A DNA stretch of 64,000 nt from Octopus sinensis (lineage: Eukaryota): positions 6,262,001-6,326,000 of the forward strand of contig NC_043011.1 of NCBI RefSeq assembly GCF_006345805.1, in the 5' to 3' direction. Shown in pieces: positions 1 through 11,267 of this stretch. A model generated the notes under the pieces. The model saw nothing but the letters and a program-made list of their open reading frames with translations, was not told the origin of the DNA and did not search any database. The number at the start of each line of letters is the position of its first letter. The stretch's first letter is position 1. The translations under genes were made by a program, and so were the position numbers.

Positions 1-32
1 ATATAAGACACACACACACACACACACACACA

Positions 33-232
33 CAGAGGGGACAAACAAGGACAGACAAAGGGATTGAGTCGATTACATCGATCTCAGTGCGTCACTGGTA
101 CTTAATTTATCGACCCCGAAAGGATGAAAAGCAAAGTCGACCTCGGCGGAATTTGAACCCAGAACGTAACGGCAGACGAAATACCGCAAAGCATTTCGCC
201 CGACGTGCTAATGTTCCTGCCAGCTCGCCGCC
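33..232 (-). mobile_element. tRNA-derived SINE, family 1 (head GGCGGCGAGCTGGCAG)
   Basis: Reverse complement starts GGCGGCGAGCTGGCAG with a B-box-like GTTCAAATTCC; near-identical copies at 25700-25937, 26196-26405 and 36312-36544; flanked by (CA)n at 7-32. Confidence 0.85.
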
Positions 233-514
233 TAAGAAAGTAAAATAGGCACTGAAAAGTATGACGATTTAATTCGTTAACCAAATCTACTGAAAACTAT
301 TCCAAAGGACTTGGAACCGTAATAAAGAGAATGAAAGCGTCTAAGGGAGATCACTGTAACACAAGGGAGACCATCGCGTTAACAAAGGAGGGGCTTTCGT
401 GCGAAAGCAACATCTGAGGTAAAAAATATTTTTTCCATTCAGTACAGGATTAATAAAAGTGTTATTTAATGACTGTGTGCTTAAGAAGTTCGCTTCACTC
501 CCATTATATTGGCT

Positions 515-680
515 GTTTAAGGTGAGTGCTTTCTACTATAGCCTGAAGCTGTCATATCCACTCACAGGATTTGGGTCGGTCCGGGGTTATATCAATAGTA
601 GATAACACTCGCCCAAGGTGCTGCGTAGCGGGACTGAACTCAGTTTCATGCGGTTGGGAGGCAAACTTCTAATTGATACA
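515..680 (-). mobile_element. Degenerate SINE family 2 head
   Basis: Matches the reverse complement of the TGGCTGTGTGG...GGTTCAGTCCC...CACCTTGGGC module seen many times in the window. Confidence 0.6.
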
Positions 681-1370
681 GCAATATCTATTTTTTCCAC
701 ACTGACTGTTGTAGTGGCAGCAGCTGAAGAAGAAGAAGAAGAAGAAGAAGTAGTAGTTGTTGTTACTACTACTACTACTACATAAGTTATCTACAAAAAT
801 TCAAGTGTTTGTAGCAGTAGTTGTTGTGTCGGTTTTGGCAGCAACAACGACGATGGTGGGGCCGGGGTGCCGCCGCCTCCTCCGCCTAAACCGGATGTAT
901 ACGCCTCAGTGTCTGGTGTAGCCCTGAAATATTGTTCAGCATAGATTTTATGGGAGAATGAATCAGAAAGCAATACAAATAAATATTTCTAATTCATACT
1001 CATAAATTTTAGTTATGAGTTACAGGATGTTGTCTCAGTTTTAGACGCCGCAAATGATTTTATCTCAAAAGAGAGCATAGGATTGGTTAACATTCGTTAA
1101 ACAAACGAATTACAAATTTATCAAGAAAGCTAAGTGAAAATAATGTTTTCTTTTGACACATTCTACCAGTATACGAAGTTTTAAAGTGTTTAGTCAACTA
1201 GAAATTGTGTTGAAATCTGCCTTTCAAAAGGAAAAGATCCTTTTTTTACTTTCTGAGCCAAATGTATCCAAGGCCTAATTATCCAGCGTGACTACAATGT
1301 TTGAGGATGGTTTGACTGTTATTTCTAGCAAACTGAGTAACCACACAAAAGCTACTATGTCAATTTAGTT

Positions 1371-1597
1371 CAGTGGTTTTCATCTGGGGTCCAAATGATC
1401 CTTAGGGGTCAGTGTGAGATTTTCGTCATGCTTTTACAATTCACAAAATATTTTAGCAATTCTTTGATACAATTTCTAATAAAACTTAATTCTAAAAATA
1501 TAAAAGGATTTTAAAAACATCAAATGGCTATGAGAATCCAGTTGAGTAGAATATGGATCAAAGAGGTCCATGGGTCAGAAATGGTTGAGACCCACTG
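1371..1597. mobile_element. hAT (Charlie/MER5-like) MITE
   Basis: Termini CAGTGGTTTTCA and TTGAGACCCACTG are imperfect inverted repeats; flanking 8-mers ATTTAGTT and GTTTAGCC share TTTAG; similar ends at 57516-57759. Confidence 0.55.
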
Positions 1598-1630
1598 GTT
1601 TAGCCGCAGGAATCCGTTTAAATGAAATAG

Positions 1631-1813
1631 GTGGCACGTGAAAATCACCCACTACACTCGCGGAGTGGTTGGTGTTAGGAAGGGCATCCAGCCGTTGAAA
1701 CTCTGCCGGATCAGACTGGAGCCTGGAGCAGCCCCTGGCTTCCCAGACCCCGGTCGAACCATCCAACCCGTGCTAGCGCGGAAAACGGACGTTAAACGAT
1801 GATGATGATGATG
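1631..1813 (+). mobile_element. RTE LINE 3' terminal fragment with (GAT)n tail
   Basis: CACCCACTACACTC...GGAAGGGCATCCAG...GGACGTTAAACGATGATGATG, the same layout as the 3' end of the full RTE at 8010-8175. Confidence 0.85.
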
Positions 1814-1819
1814 AACTCA

Positions 1820-2600
1820 TAGCATCAGGCTGGATTTGTGGTTAAGAAGCTTGATTTGTAACCGTATAGCTGCAGGTTCCATCCCACCATGTTCTACTAT
1901 AGCTCCAGGCTGGTCAGTATCTACTGGTAGAGGGAAACTGTGGAAGCCCATTGTATGTGTGTGTGTGTGTGCTTATCCCCTGTAGCTGAGCACTCTGGCA
2001 AAAGAAATTGATTTTAAGAAAAGTAAAGTATTTTTATAGGAGCAGGTGTGGTGGCCAGGTAAGACGCTTGCTTAGATCTTTTCACTTTGACCGGCTGGTC
2101 AAAGTGAAAAGATCCACTTGCTTCTTAATCACATGGCTCCAGGTTCAGTCCCACTGTGTGACATCTTTGGCCAGTGTCTTCTACTATAACCTTGGGCTGA
2201 CCAAAGCCTTGTGAGTAGATTTGGAAGACAAACTGCAAGAAGTTGTATATATATATATTAGAAAATGGAGGAACAAATTCATTTCAATCATCAACTTACA
2301 GATATTACCATTTCATATTATTTATTAAGAAGGAGAGATGGCCGTGTGGTTATAGCATCCAACAAGCTGCCGATCGGTCATGAGTTCAAAATCCATGCAG
2401 GACATTTTCATGATAAGTTTTTATATAGGTGCAGGAGTGGCTGTGTGGTAAGTAGCTTGTCTACCAACCACATGGTTCCGGGTTCAGTCCCACTGCGTGG
2501 AACCTTGGGCAAGTGTCTTCTGCTATAGCCTCGGGCCGACCAAAGCCTTGTGAGTGGATTTGGTAGACGGAAACTGAAAGAAGCCCGTCGTATATATGTA
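1820..2600 (+). mobile_element. Cluster of three SINE family 2 heads (best copy 2428-2600)
   Basis: GGTGCAGGAGTGGCTGTGTGGTAAGTAGCTTG...GGTTCAGTCCCACTGCGTGG...GAAAGAAGCCCGTCG; A-box and B-box-like motifs; older copies at about 1820-1990 and 2040-2240. Confidence 0.8.
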
Positions 2601-2947
2601 TCGGTTCGGCCTCATCTCTCGCTAAATATAGAATAGATATTTAAGTTTCTCCATACAGGGGTCTCAATGGCGGCCGACTTTCGCGGGGTGCCACTATTCC
2701 CTTTCTCTCTCTCCCTCTTTGATGTTGTCTGTCCTCCCCCTCTTCCTTCCCCCCGTCCATTGCTAAGAGCATTCTTAAGCTAGCGTGTCAAGTAACCTGC
2801 CTCATTTCTTGATTTCAAATCCCTTCTGCATAGTCAGGCCGAAAACGAAATGTTTCCAAGATAAGAAAACCTTTTTAATCTAATTCATCCCGTATCTGTA
2901 CCAGTAATATTCTCATGCAATTTGTCTGATCTCTAGTGGTTAAGCTG

Positions 2948-2999
<52 letters not shown>

Positions 3000-3473
3000 G
3001 TATTAGTATTATCCCTCTGATCCCCAGTCGTCAATTTGTTTATTATTATTTTCAGCCTCGCCTCGTATTGCATATTATGTATAATTCATTAGTTATCGTT
3101 GACCATCGGTTCGGCCTCGTGTCTCGCTAAATATAGAATAGATATTTAAGTTTCTCCATACAGGAGTCTCAATGGCGGCCGATTTTTGCGGTGTTCGCCC
3201 GCCCTCCTACCCTCTCCACCGTTACAGGAAGCCTAAAATTTTCTCATCGCTGTCTCTGATGTACACTTTAAGTTTTACACTGCCCCCACTGCTACAGGAA
3301 GTCCAAAATTTTGTCATCGTTGTTGTCTCCCATGTACATGTCTATCTCCCATGTACACTTTGAATCCCTGTTGTCTATGCCACATGCTCCTCCTTCCATA
3401 AATGGTAGTGGTCATTCATTGCAAGATATATTGGTAACGTACGCGGTTTGAACTTAGGTTTAATTGTCTGTTT

Positions 3474-6400
3474 ATGAATTCTGCCAAACGCGAGTTTTCT
3501 TTTCAGGTTCATGATGCTACTAGGTCCAATGCCTCCCACTCCCTCAGGATTGGCACCCTCAAAGTTGGCACACTGAAAGGCAGATCTGGCGAGATCGTTG
3601 AATTGCTTGAATGAAGGTGTGTGGATATATGCTGTGTTCAAGAGATGAGGTGGAGAGGAGGTTCTGCTAGGTTCCTCACAGGTAAAGGACACAGGTACAA
3701 GATTTTCTGGGCTGGGAATACTGAAGGGGTCGGGGGAGTAGGTATGCTTATTGCCGAAAAATGGGTAGGTAAGGTAATCGAAGTAGTCAGAGTATGTGAC
3801 AGAATACTGAAGATTAGTTTAGTGCTCCATCATAGTTCAGCAACTATTATATCGGCCTATGCCCCTCAGCCAGGGCTACCCGATGGACAGAAAGACTGTT
3901 TCTATGACACCCTACTGCAGACCACCTCACTGACGAACGACAGGGACCTTCTCTTTGTGGGTGGTGACTTCAATGGGCATGTTGGACGATATGCTGAGGG
4001 CTTCTATGGCGTTCATGGAGGCAATGGTTATGGTTCTCGCAATGAGGAGGGAACCAGGCTGCTGGAGTTCTGTGATGCGAATAGTCTTATGGTTTGCAAC
4101 ACTAACTTCAGGAAACCGACAAGCCACTTGGTCACCTACCGTTCGGGCCAGCATACTAGCCAAATCGACTACATCCTTACCAGAAAAAGGGAAAGATGGC
4201 TGCTTATAAATGCCAAAACCTTCCCAGGCGAAGAATGTACCCCACAACATAGACTGGTAGTCAGTGACTTTAGAATCAGGACTAAGAGGACGACTAGAAG
4301 ACGACCAACATGGAGAAGAAGGGTCTGGAAGCTTAAAGACCCTGCAAATGGACAGAGATTTAGAGACATGTTACTTAAAGCCTTCGACGAAATAGAAGGG
4401 GGTATAGCTACACATGGGGTAGAAGATAACTGGGCGCTTCTAAGGGACAACCTGCTGAAAGCCACAGACCAGATCTGTGGCTGGTGCAAAGTCCCCACAA
4501 GACCCAAAATAACGTGGTGGTGGAACAATACTGTCGACGGGGCTATTAGACAAAAGAAACAGGCTTGGAAGGACTGGAAGAACGGTGGTAGCAGGGAAGT
4601 GTATCAGACTGCAAGAAGGGAGGCTAGGAGGCAGGTGTATTTAGCCAGAGGGGAAGCAGATAAGAAAAAATTTGCCAATGTCCTGCGCCGTGAAGATGAA
4701 AGACTTGAGGTATTTCGTGTTGCAAGACAGTGTGTGAGAGAGAATCGTGACGTGGTAGGAGAGAAATGTGTTCGCAAGGATGACGGCTCACTTGCGCTAA
4801 ATGAGGATGCAAAGAGAGAGGCTTGGAGACGCCACTATGAAAGGTTGCTGAATGAGGAAAATGAATGGGATAAAGAGAGTCTGCCGAATGTTGACCCAAC
4901 AGAGGGACCAGCAATCCGAGTTGACAGTTCCTTAGTAGATAAGGCAATTAGAAGCATGAAAACAGGGAAAGCCCCAGGCCCATCAGGAATTACTGCAGAG
5001 ATGCTCAAAATATCTGGTAGTGCTGGCTATAGCCTAGTCACCCGTATAGTTAACCAGGTGATACACGAAGGAGTCATTCCCAATGACTGGTGTAGCAGCA
5101 TAATAGTTAACTGCTACAAAGGTAAAGGTGATGCCCTAGATACAAATAACTACAGGGGTATCAAGCTGCTAGATCAGGTAATGAAGGTAACGGAGAGGGT
5201 TATAGCCCAACAAATTAGAGAGAGAGTTAGCTTAGATCAGATGCAGTTTGGGTTCGTGCCAGGGAAAAGTACTACTGATGCTATTTTCCTGGTAAGACAG
5301 CTGCAGGGGAAATACCTAGCCAAAGATAAGCCCTTGTACCTGGCTTTTGTTGACTTGGAGAAAGCCTTTGACAGGGTCCCCCGATCCCTTATCTGGTGGT
5401 CAATGAGGAAACTAGGGATAGATGAATGGTTAGTGAGAGCTGTGCGAACCATGTACAGAGACGCTGCTAGTAAGGTGAGGGTTGGCAACGAGTACAGTGA
5501 AGAATTCCGGGTAGAGGTTGGGGTCCACCAAGGTTCAGTCCTCAGTCCCCTCCTATTTATCATAGTCCTCCAGGCAATAACGGAGGAATTCAAGACAGGA
5601 TGCCCCTGGGAGCTCCTCTATGCTGATGACCTTGCTCTAATTGCTGAGTCACTATCAGAACTGGAGGAGAAATTTCAGGTGTGGAAACAAGGATTAGAAT
5701 CGAAGGGCCTTAGAATCAACCTAGCCAAAACCAAAGTCCTAATAAGTAGGAAGGTGGACCAATCACAAACGACTTCAGGTAGATGGCCCTGCTCGATCTG
5801 TAAAAAAGGTGTAGGTAGAAACTCTATAAGGTGCACCAAGTGTAAGCTATGGACACATAAGAGGTGCAGCAATGTCAAAGGAAGGCTAACTAGGAAAATA
5901 GTTTTTGTCTGTGGCAGATGCTCAGGAGCAATAAACACTGGAAATGTGCAGAGACCAACTTCTACCACGTTCCAGGGAGACAAACTAGAAATAGTTGATA
6001 GCTTCCGTTACCTAGGTGACCAAGTCAGTAGCAGGGGTGGGTGTGCTGAAAGTGTAACTGCTAGAGTAAGAATAGCCTGGGCAAAGTTCAGAGAGCTCTT
6101 ACCCCTGCTGGTGACAAAAGGCCTCTCGCTCAGAGTAAAAGGCAGACTGTATGACGCATGTGTACGTACAGCCATGCTACATGGTAGTGAAACATGGGCT
6201 GTGACTGCTGAGGATATGCGTAAGCTCGCAAGAAATGAAGCTAGTATACTCCGATGGATGTGTAATGTCAGTGTTTATAATCGTCAGAGTGTAAGTACCT
6301 TGAGAGAAAAGTTGAACCTAAGAAGCGTCAGTTGTGGTGTGCAAGAGAGACGGCTGCGCTGGTATGGTCATGTGACGAGAACGGCTGAAGATAGTTGTGT

Positions 6401-6608
6401 GCAAAAGTGCTACACCCTAGCAGTTGAGGGAACCTGTGGAAGAGGTAGACCCAGGAAAACCTGGGACGAGGTGGTGAAGCACGACCTTCGAACTTTAGGT
6501 CTCACCAAGGAAATGACTAGTGACCGAGACCTATGGAAGTATGCTGTGCGTGAGAAGACCTGGCAAGACGAGTCAGGCCATAACCCGTGGCCCCTACCTG
6601 GGACATAG
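3474..6608 (+). pseudogene. RTE ORF2: apurinic endonuclease + reverse transcriptase with inserted PHD finger; one premature TGA at 3612-3614
   Basis: In-frame ATG at 3474, LRIGTLKVGTLKGR, ICCVQE, GDFNGHVG, QIDYIL and HRLVVSDF (APE); QFGF, FVDLEKAFD, GVHQGSVLSP, YADD and YLG (RT); TGA most likely from CGA (family B has RRR here). Confidence 0.93.
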
Positions 6609-7884
6609 TCAGTCCACCTGTGCATACCTTCCTTCTTGTGACACTTGTGAAGACCTGTTGAGGCAAGTGAAAATCAAAATCAAAACAAATCAAAATAGAT
6701 GAACATCAATGGAATTTGTATCTTTGTGGTACCAGTGCCGGTGGCACACAAGAAAACCATCCGAACGTGGCCGTAGCCAGTACCGCATCGACTGGCCTCC
6801 GTGCTGTGGGCACGTAACAAACACCATCCGATCGTGGCCGTTCGCCAGCCTAATCTGGCACCTGTGTCGGCGGCACATAAAAACACCATCCGAAGACCCG
6901 GCAAGACGAGTCAGGCCATAATACATGGCCCCTACCTGGGACGTAGTCAGTCCACCTGTGCATACCTTCCTTCTTGTGACACTTGTGAAGACCTGTTGAG
7001 GCAAGTGAAAATCAAAATCAAAACAAATCAAAATAGATGAACATCAATGGAATTTGTATCTTTGTGGTACCAGTGCCGGTGGCACACAAGAAAACCATCC
7101 GAACGTGGCCGTAGCCAGTACCGCACCGACTGGCCTCCGTGCTGTGGGCACGTAACAAACACCATCCGATCGTGGCCGTTCGCCAGCCTAATCTGGCACC
7201 TGTGTCGGTGGCACATAAAAACACCATCCGAAGACACAGCAAGACGAGTCAGGCCATAACCCATGGCCCCTACCTGGGACGTAGTCAGTCCACCTGTGCA
7301 TACCTTCCTTCTTGTGACACTTGTGAAGACCTGTTGAGGCAAGTGAAAATCAATACAAATCAAAATAGATAAACATCAATGGAATTTGTATCTTTGTGGT
7401 ACCAGTGCCGGTGGCACACAAGAAAACTATCCGAACGTGGCCGTAGCCAGTACCGCATCGACTGGCCTCCATGCTGTGGGCACGTAACAAACACCATCCG
7501 ATTGTGGCCGTTCGCCAGCCTCATCTGGCACCTGTGTCGGTGGCACATAAAAACACCATCCGAAGACTCGGCAAGACTAGTCAGGCCATAACCCGTGGCC
7601 CCTACCTGGGACGTGCATACCTTCCTTCTCGTGACACTTGTGAAGACTTGTTGAGGCAAGTGAAAATCAAATCAAAACAAATCAAAATAGATGAACATCA
7701 ATGGAATTTGTATCTTTGTGGTACCAGTGCCGGTGGCACACAAGAAAACCATCCAAACGTAGCCGTAGCCAGTACCGCATCGACTGGCCTCTGTGCTGTG
7801 GGCACGTAACAAACACCATCCGATCGTGGCCGTTCGCCAGCCTCATCTGGCACCTGTGTCGGTGGCACATAAAAACACCATCCG
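6554..7884 (+). repeat. Four tandem units of about 338 bp built from the RTE ORF2 end and proximal 3' UTR
   Basis: Units start GAAGAC..GCAAGAC.AGTCAGGCC at 6554, 6892, 7230 and 7562. Confidence 0.95.
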
Positions 7885-8175
7885 AGCGTGGCCGTCTGCC
7901 AGCCTCGTCTGGCACCTGTGTCGGTGGCACATAAAAAAAAAAAACACCATCCGAACGTGGCCGTTCGCCAACCTCGTCTGGCACCTGTGTCGGTGGCACA
8001 TAAAATCACCCACTACACTCTCGGAGTGGTTGGCGTTAGGAAGGGCATCCAGCTGTAGAAACACTGCCAGATCTGACTGGCCTGGTGCAGCCTTCGGGCT
8101 CCCCAGACCCCAGTTGAATCGTCCAACCCATGCTAGCATGGAAAGCGGACGTTAAATGATGATGATGAGGATGAT

Positions 8176-8400
8176 GATATATGCGTGTGTGTGTTTGTGT
8201 GTCTGTGTTTGTCCCCTAGCATTGCTTGACAACTGATGCTGGTGTGTTTATGTCCCCGTTACTTAGCGGTTCGGCAAAAAGAGACTGATAGAATAAGTAC
8301 TGGGCTTACAAAAGAATAAGTCCTGGGGTCGAGTCGCTCGATTGAAGGCGGTGCTCCAGCATGGCCGCAGTCAAATGACTGAAACAAGTAAAAGAGTATA
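8176..8400 (+). mobile_element. SINE family 2 tail module
   Basis: GTGTCTGTGTTTGTCCCC...GCGGTTCGGCAAAA...GGCGGTGCTCCAGCATGGCCGCAGTCAAATGACTGAAACAAGTAAAAGAG; joined to the head module in intact copies such as 42396-42792. Confidence 0.85.
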
Positions 8401-8544
8401 TAAATAGGAACATGAAAATCGAACAAAACAATATACATCAATATGCAAATTAATAAAACAAATAAAATGCTCTTGCTTCACCAGCAGTATATTGGATAAC
8501 TGATATCCCATAGTGGGTTACCCTCATAACCCCTATCTTACTTT

Positions 8545-8577
<33 letters not shown>

Positions 8578-8581
<4 letters not shown>

Positions 8582-10062
8582 TCATCATCATCATCATCAT
8601 TAAGTGTCCGTTCTCCATGCTAGCATGGGTTGGACGATTCAGCTGGGGTCTGTGAAGCTGGAAGGCTTCATCAGGCCCAGTCAGATCTGGCAGTGTTTCT
8701 ACGGCTGGATGCTCTTCCTAACGCCAAACACTCCGTGAGTGTAGTGGGTGCTTTTTACGTGCCACCCGCACAGGTGCCAGACAGAGCTGGCAAACGGCCA
8801 TGAATGGATGGTGCTTTTACGTGTCACCGGCACGGGGCCAGGCGAGGCTGGCAACGGACACGAACAGATGGTGCTTTTACGTGCCACCAACACGGGGGCC
8901 AAACAGAGCTGGCAAACGGCCACGAAACGGATGGTGCTTTTACGTGTCACCGGCACGGGGGCCAGGCGAGGCTGGCAATGGACACGAACGGATGGTGCTT
9001 TTACGTGCCACCAACACGGGGGCCAGACAGAGCTGGCAAACGGCCATGAACGGATGGTGCTTACGTGTCACTGGCACGGGGGCCAGACAGAGCTGGCAAA
9101 CGGCCACGAAACGGATGGTGCTTTTACGTGTCACCGGCATGGGGGCCAGGCCAGGCTGGCAACAAACACGAACGGATGGTGCTTTTATGTGCCACCGACA
9201 TGGGGGCCAGACAGGGCTGGCAAACGGCCACAAACGGATGGTGCTTTTACGTGTCACCTGCACGGGAGCCCTGATGTTGATCGACCTCAATTTGGTTCTG
9301 CTTTCTGATATTGGTTTGATTTTGATTTTGACTGTTCTCACTGGCCTTGCCGGGTTTTCTTACGCACAGCATACTTCCAAAGGTCTCGGTCACTGGTCAT
9401 TTCCTTGGTGAGACCTAAAGTTCGAAGGTCGTGCTTCACCACCTCGACCCAGGTTTTCCTGGGTCTACCTCTTCCACAGGTCCCCTCAACTGCCAGGGTG
9501 TGGCACTTTCGCACACAGCTATCTTCAGCCATTCTCATCACATGACCATACCAGCGCAAACGTCTCTCTTGCACACAACAACTGATGCTTCTTAGGTTCA
9601 ACTTTTCTCTCAAGGTACTTACACTCTCTCGATTATGAACACTGACGTTACACATCCATTGGAGCATACTAGCTTCATTTCTTGCGAGCTTACGCAAATC
9701 CTCAGCAGTCACAGCCCAAGTTTCACTACCATGTAGCATGGCTGTACGTACACATGCATCATACAGTCTGCCTTTTACTTTGAGTGAGAGGCCTTTTGTC
9801 ACCAGCAGGGGTAAGAGCTCTCTAAACTTTGCACAGGCTATTCTTACTCTAGCAGTTATACTTTCAGCACACCCGCCCCCGCTACTGACTTGGTCACCTA
9901 GGTAGCGGAAACTATCAACTACTTCTAGGGAAGTTGGTCTCAGAGCATTTTCAGTGTTTATTGTTCCTGAGCATCTGCCACATACAAAAAACCATCTTCC
10001 TAGTTAGCCTTCCTTTGACATTGCTGCACCTCTTATGTGTCCATAGCTTACACTTGGTGCAT

Positions 10063-10066
<4 letters not shown>
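8578..10066 (-). mobile_element. 5'-truncated RTE family A copy
   Basis: Minus-strand ORF2 C-terminus (GRLYDACVRTAMLHGSETW...WYGHV), 3' UTR with about 60-bp repeats, (GAT)n tail at 8578-8600; (TA)n on both sides. Confidence 0.9.
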
Positions 10067-10097
<31 letters not shown>

Positions 10098-10984
10098 GTG
10101 TTCATCACCTCTACCACTGCTTGACAACTGATGTTGGTGTGTTTATGTCCCTGAAACCTAGTGGTTCAGCAAAAGGAACTGATAGAATAAGTACTAGGCT
10201 TACAAGGACTAAATCCTGGGGTCAATTCCTTTGATGCTGGCATCATGACTGCTGTTCAATGCTCTGTAAACACTCTAAAGGCTATAAGATATGACATGGA
10301 CGTCATGAAAACCTCCAAATTGTGATAGTCTTTGGGTGTGTCTCTTTGAATAGGGCTTTAGGCTCAATTCAGACAGCTATGAGAAGCTGCAGGGGACTGT
10401 GGTCAATTTCTGTCCAGAGAGAGTTGCTGTAGGAAGGCAGCAGGATTCAGCACATTATCAGCCTTCCAGGAAGAATCAGAATGATCCATTCTTCCGGAAA
10501 GAGTCATTGCCATTCTTCTAGAAAGAGTCAGAAGAATTTCTACAACTTCACCAAATTCTAACCCCTTAAACTCCCCTGATTGTATTTCCATGGATTTCTG
10601 TGGGCGGGGTGCATTTGAGAAAGAAACAAACTACTCTGTCTGCAACACCAGGGTCAAGCTAGGGACCAAGATCAAGTAGGGGTTTGAGGAAGATCTTCCC
10701 TAGAACACAGGGAGGAACACATGCCCCATTTTCTGGAGCTGTCTTGAGGATATGGAGGAAGCTGAGGTTCCGCTACTTTGAGTAAACTGTTATTTCCCAG
10801 CCATAATCTTGTTGATGCTTTTTGATTCATTAAAATAGTTTTACGTTTTGATTGGATATTGTGTCTTCTTTTCCTTTTATGCCAACTGTCCAATTTCGCC
10901 CACGCACTCTGCAGCACCTCACTTAATATATAGAACTGCTCATAGAAAACATTGAATTCCATTTGGATAATGATGTTAGTGAAA

Positions 10985-11165
10985 GAGTGTGGTCTAGTGG
11001 TTAGGGTGTTACACTCAAGATTGCAAGATTGTAGTTTCGATTCCCAGCCTGTGCAGTGCATTGTATTCTTGAGCAAAACATTTCATTTCCCTTTTGCTCC
11101 ATTCCACTCAGCTGTAAATGAGTGACCCTGTGCAGACTGGAATCCCATTTAGGGGGAATGTTGTG
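10985..11165 (+). mobile_element. SINE family 3 (degenerate)
   Basis: tRNA-like head (TGGTCTAGTGGTTAGGG...GTTTCGATTCCC) then TCTTGAGCAAAACATTTCATTTC...CCACTCAGCTGTAAATGAGT; related copy at 55268-55575. Confidence 0.55.
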
Positions 11166-11267
11166 ACCTTGGTCGCTTATACCAGCCAACCTTCCCAACA
11201 TGCCCAAAGGGTCTTAGGACTCAAACATAGTGATATCAAGGGTTTTGAGGACAGCCATAGGCCCAGG

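Larger units (their letters stand above)
2601..8175 (+). mobile_element. Near-intact full-length RTE-clade LINE, family A
   Basis: APE + RT ORF, long 3' UTR and (GAT)n tail; the block sits between the head (2428-2600) and tail (8176-8400) modules of one SINE-2, which delimits the insertion. Confidence 0.9.

Noticed and set aside
2601-3470. HDV-like ribozyme in the RTE 5' UTR, as known for some RTEs
   Set aside because: I could not assemble the nested double pseudoknot by eye; a descriptor search (RNArobo) would be needed
5620-5632. CTGATGA words inside RTE ORFs and at about 8670 and 24866
   Set aside because: They are YADD codons or UTR variants without the rest of the ribozyme
6520-9411. 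Many short overlapping ORFs in the RTE 3' UTR repeats
   Set aside because: Products of tandem repetition, open on both strands, with no recognisable domain
10250-10980. Coding-like relic on the minus strand
   Set aside because: Fragmented frames with no motif I can assign
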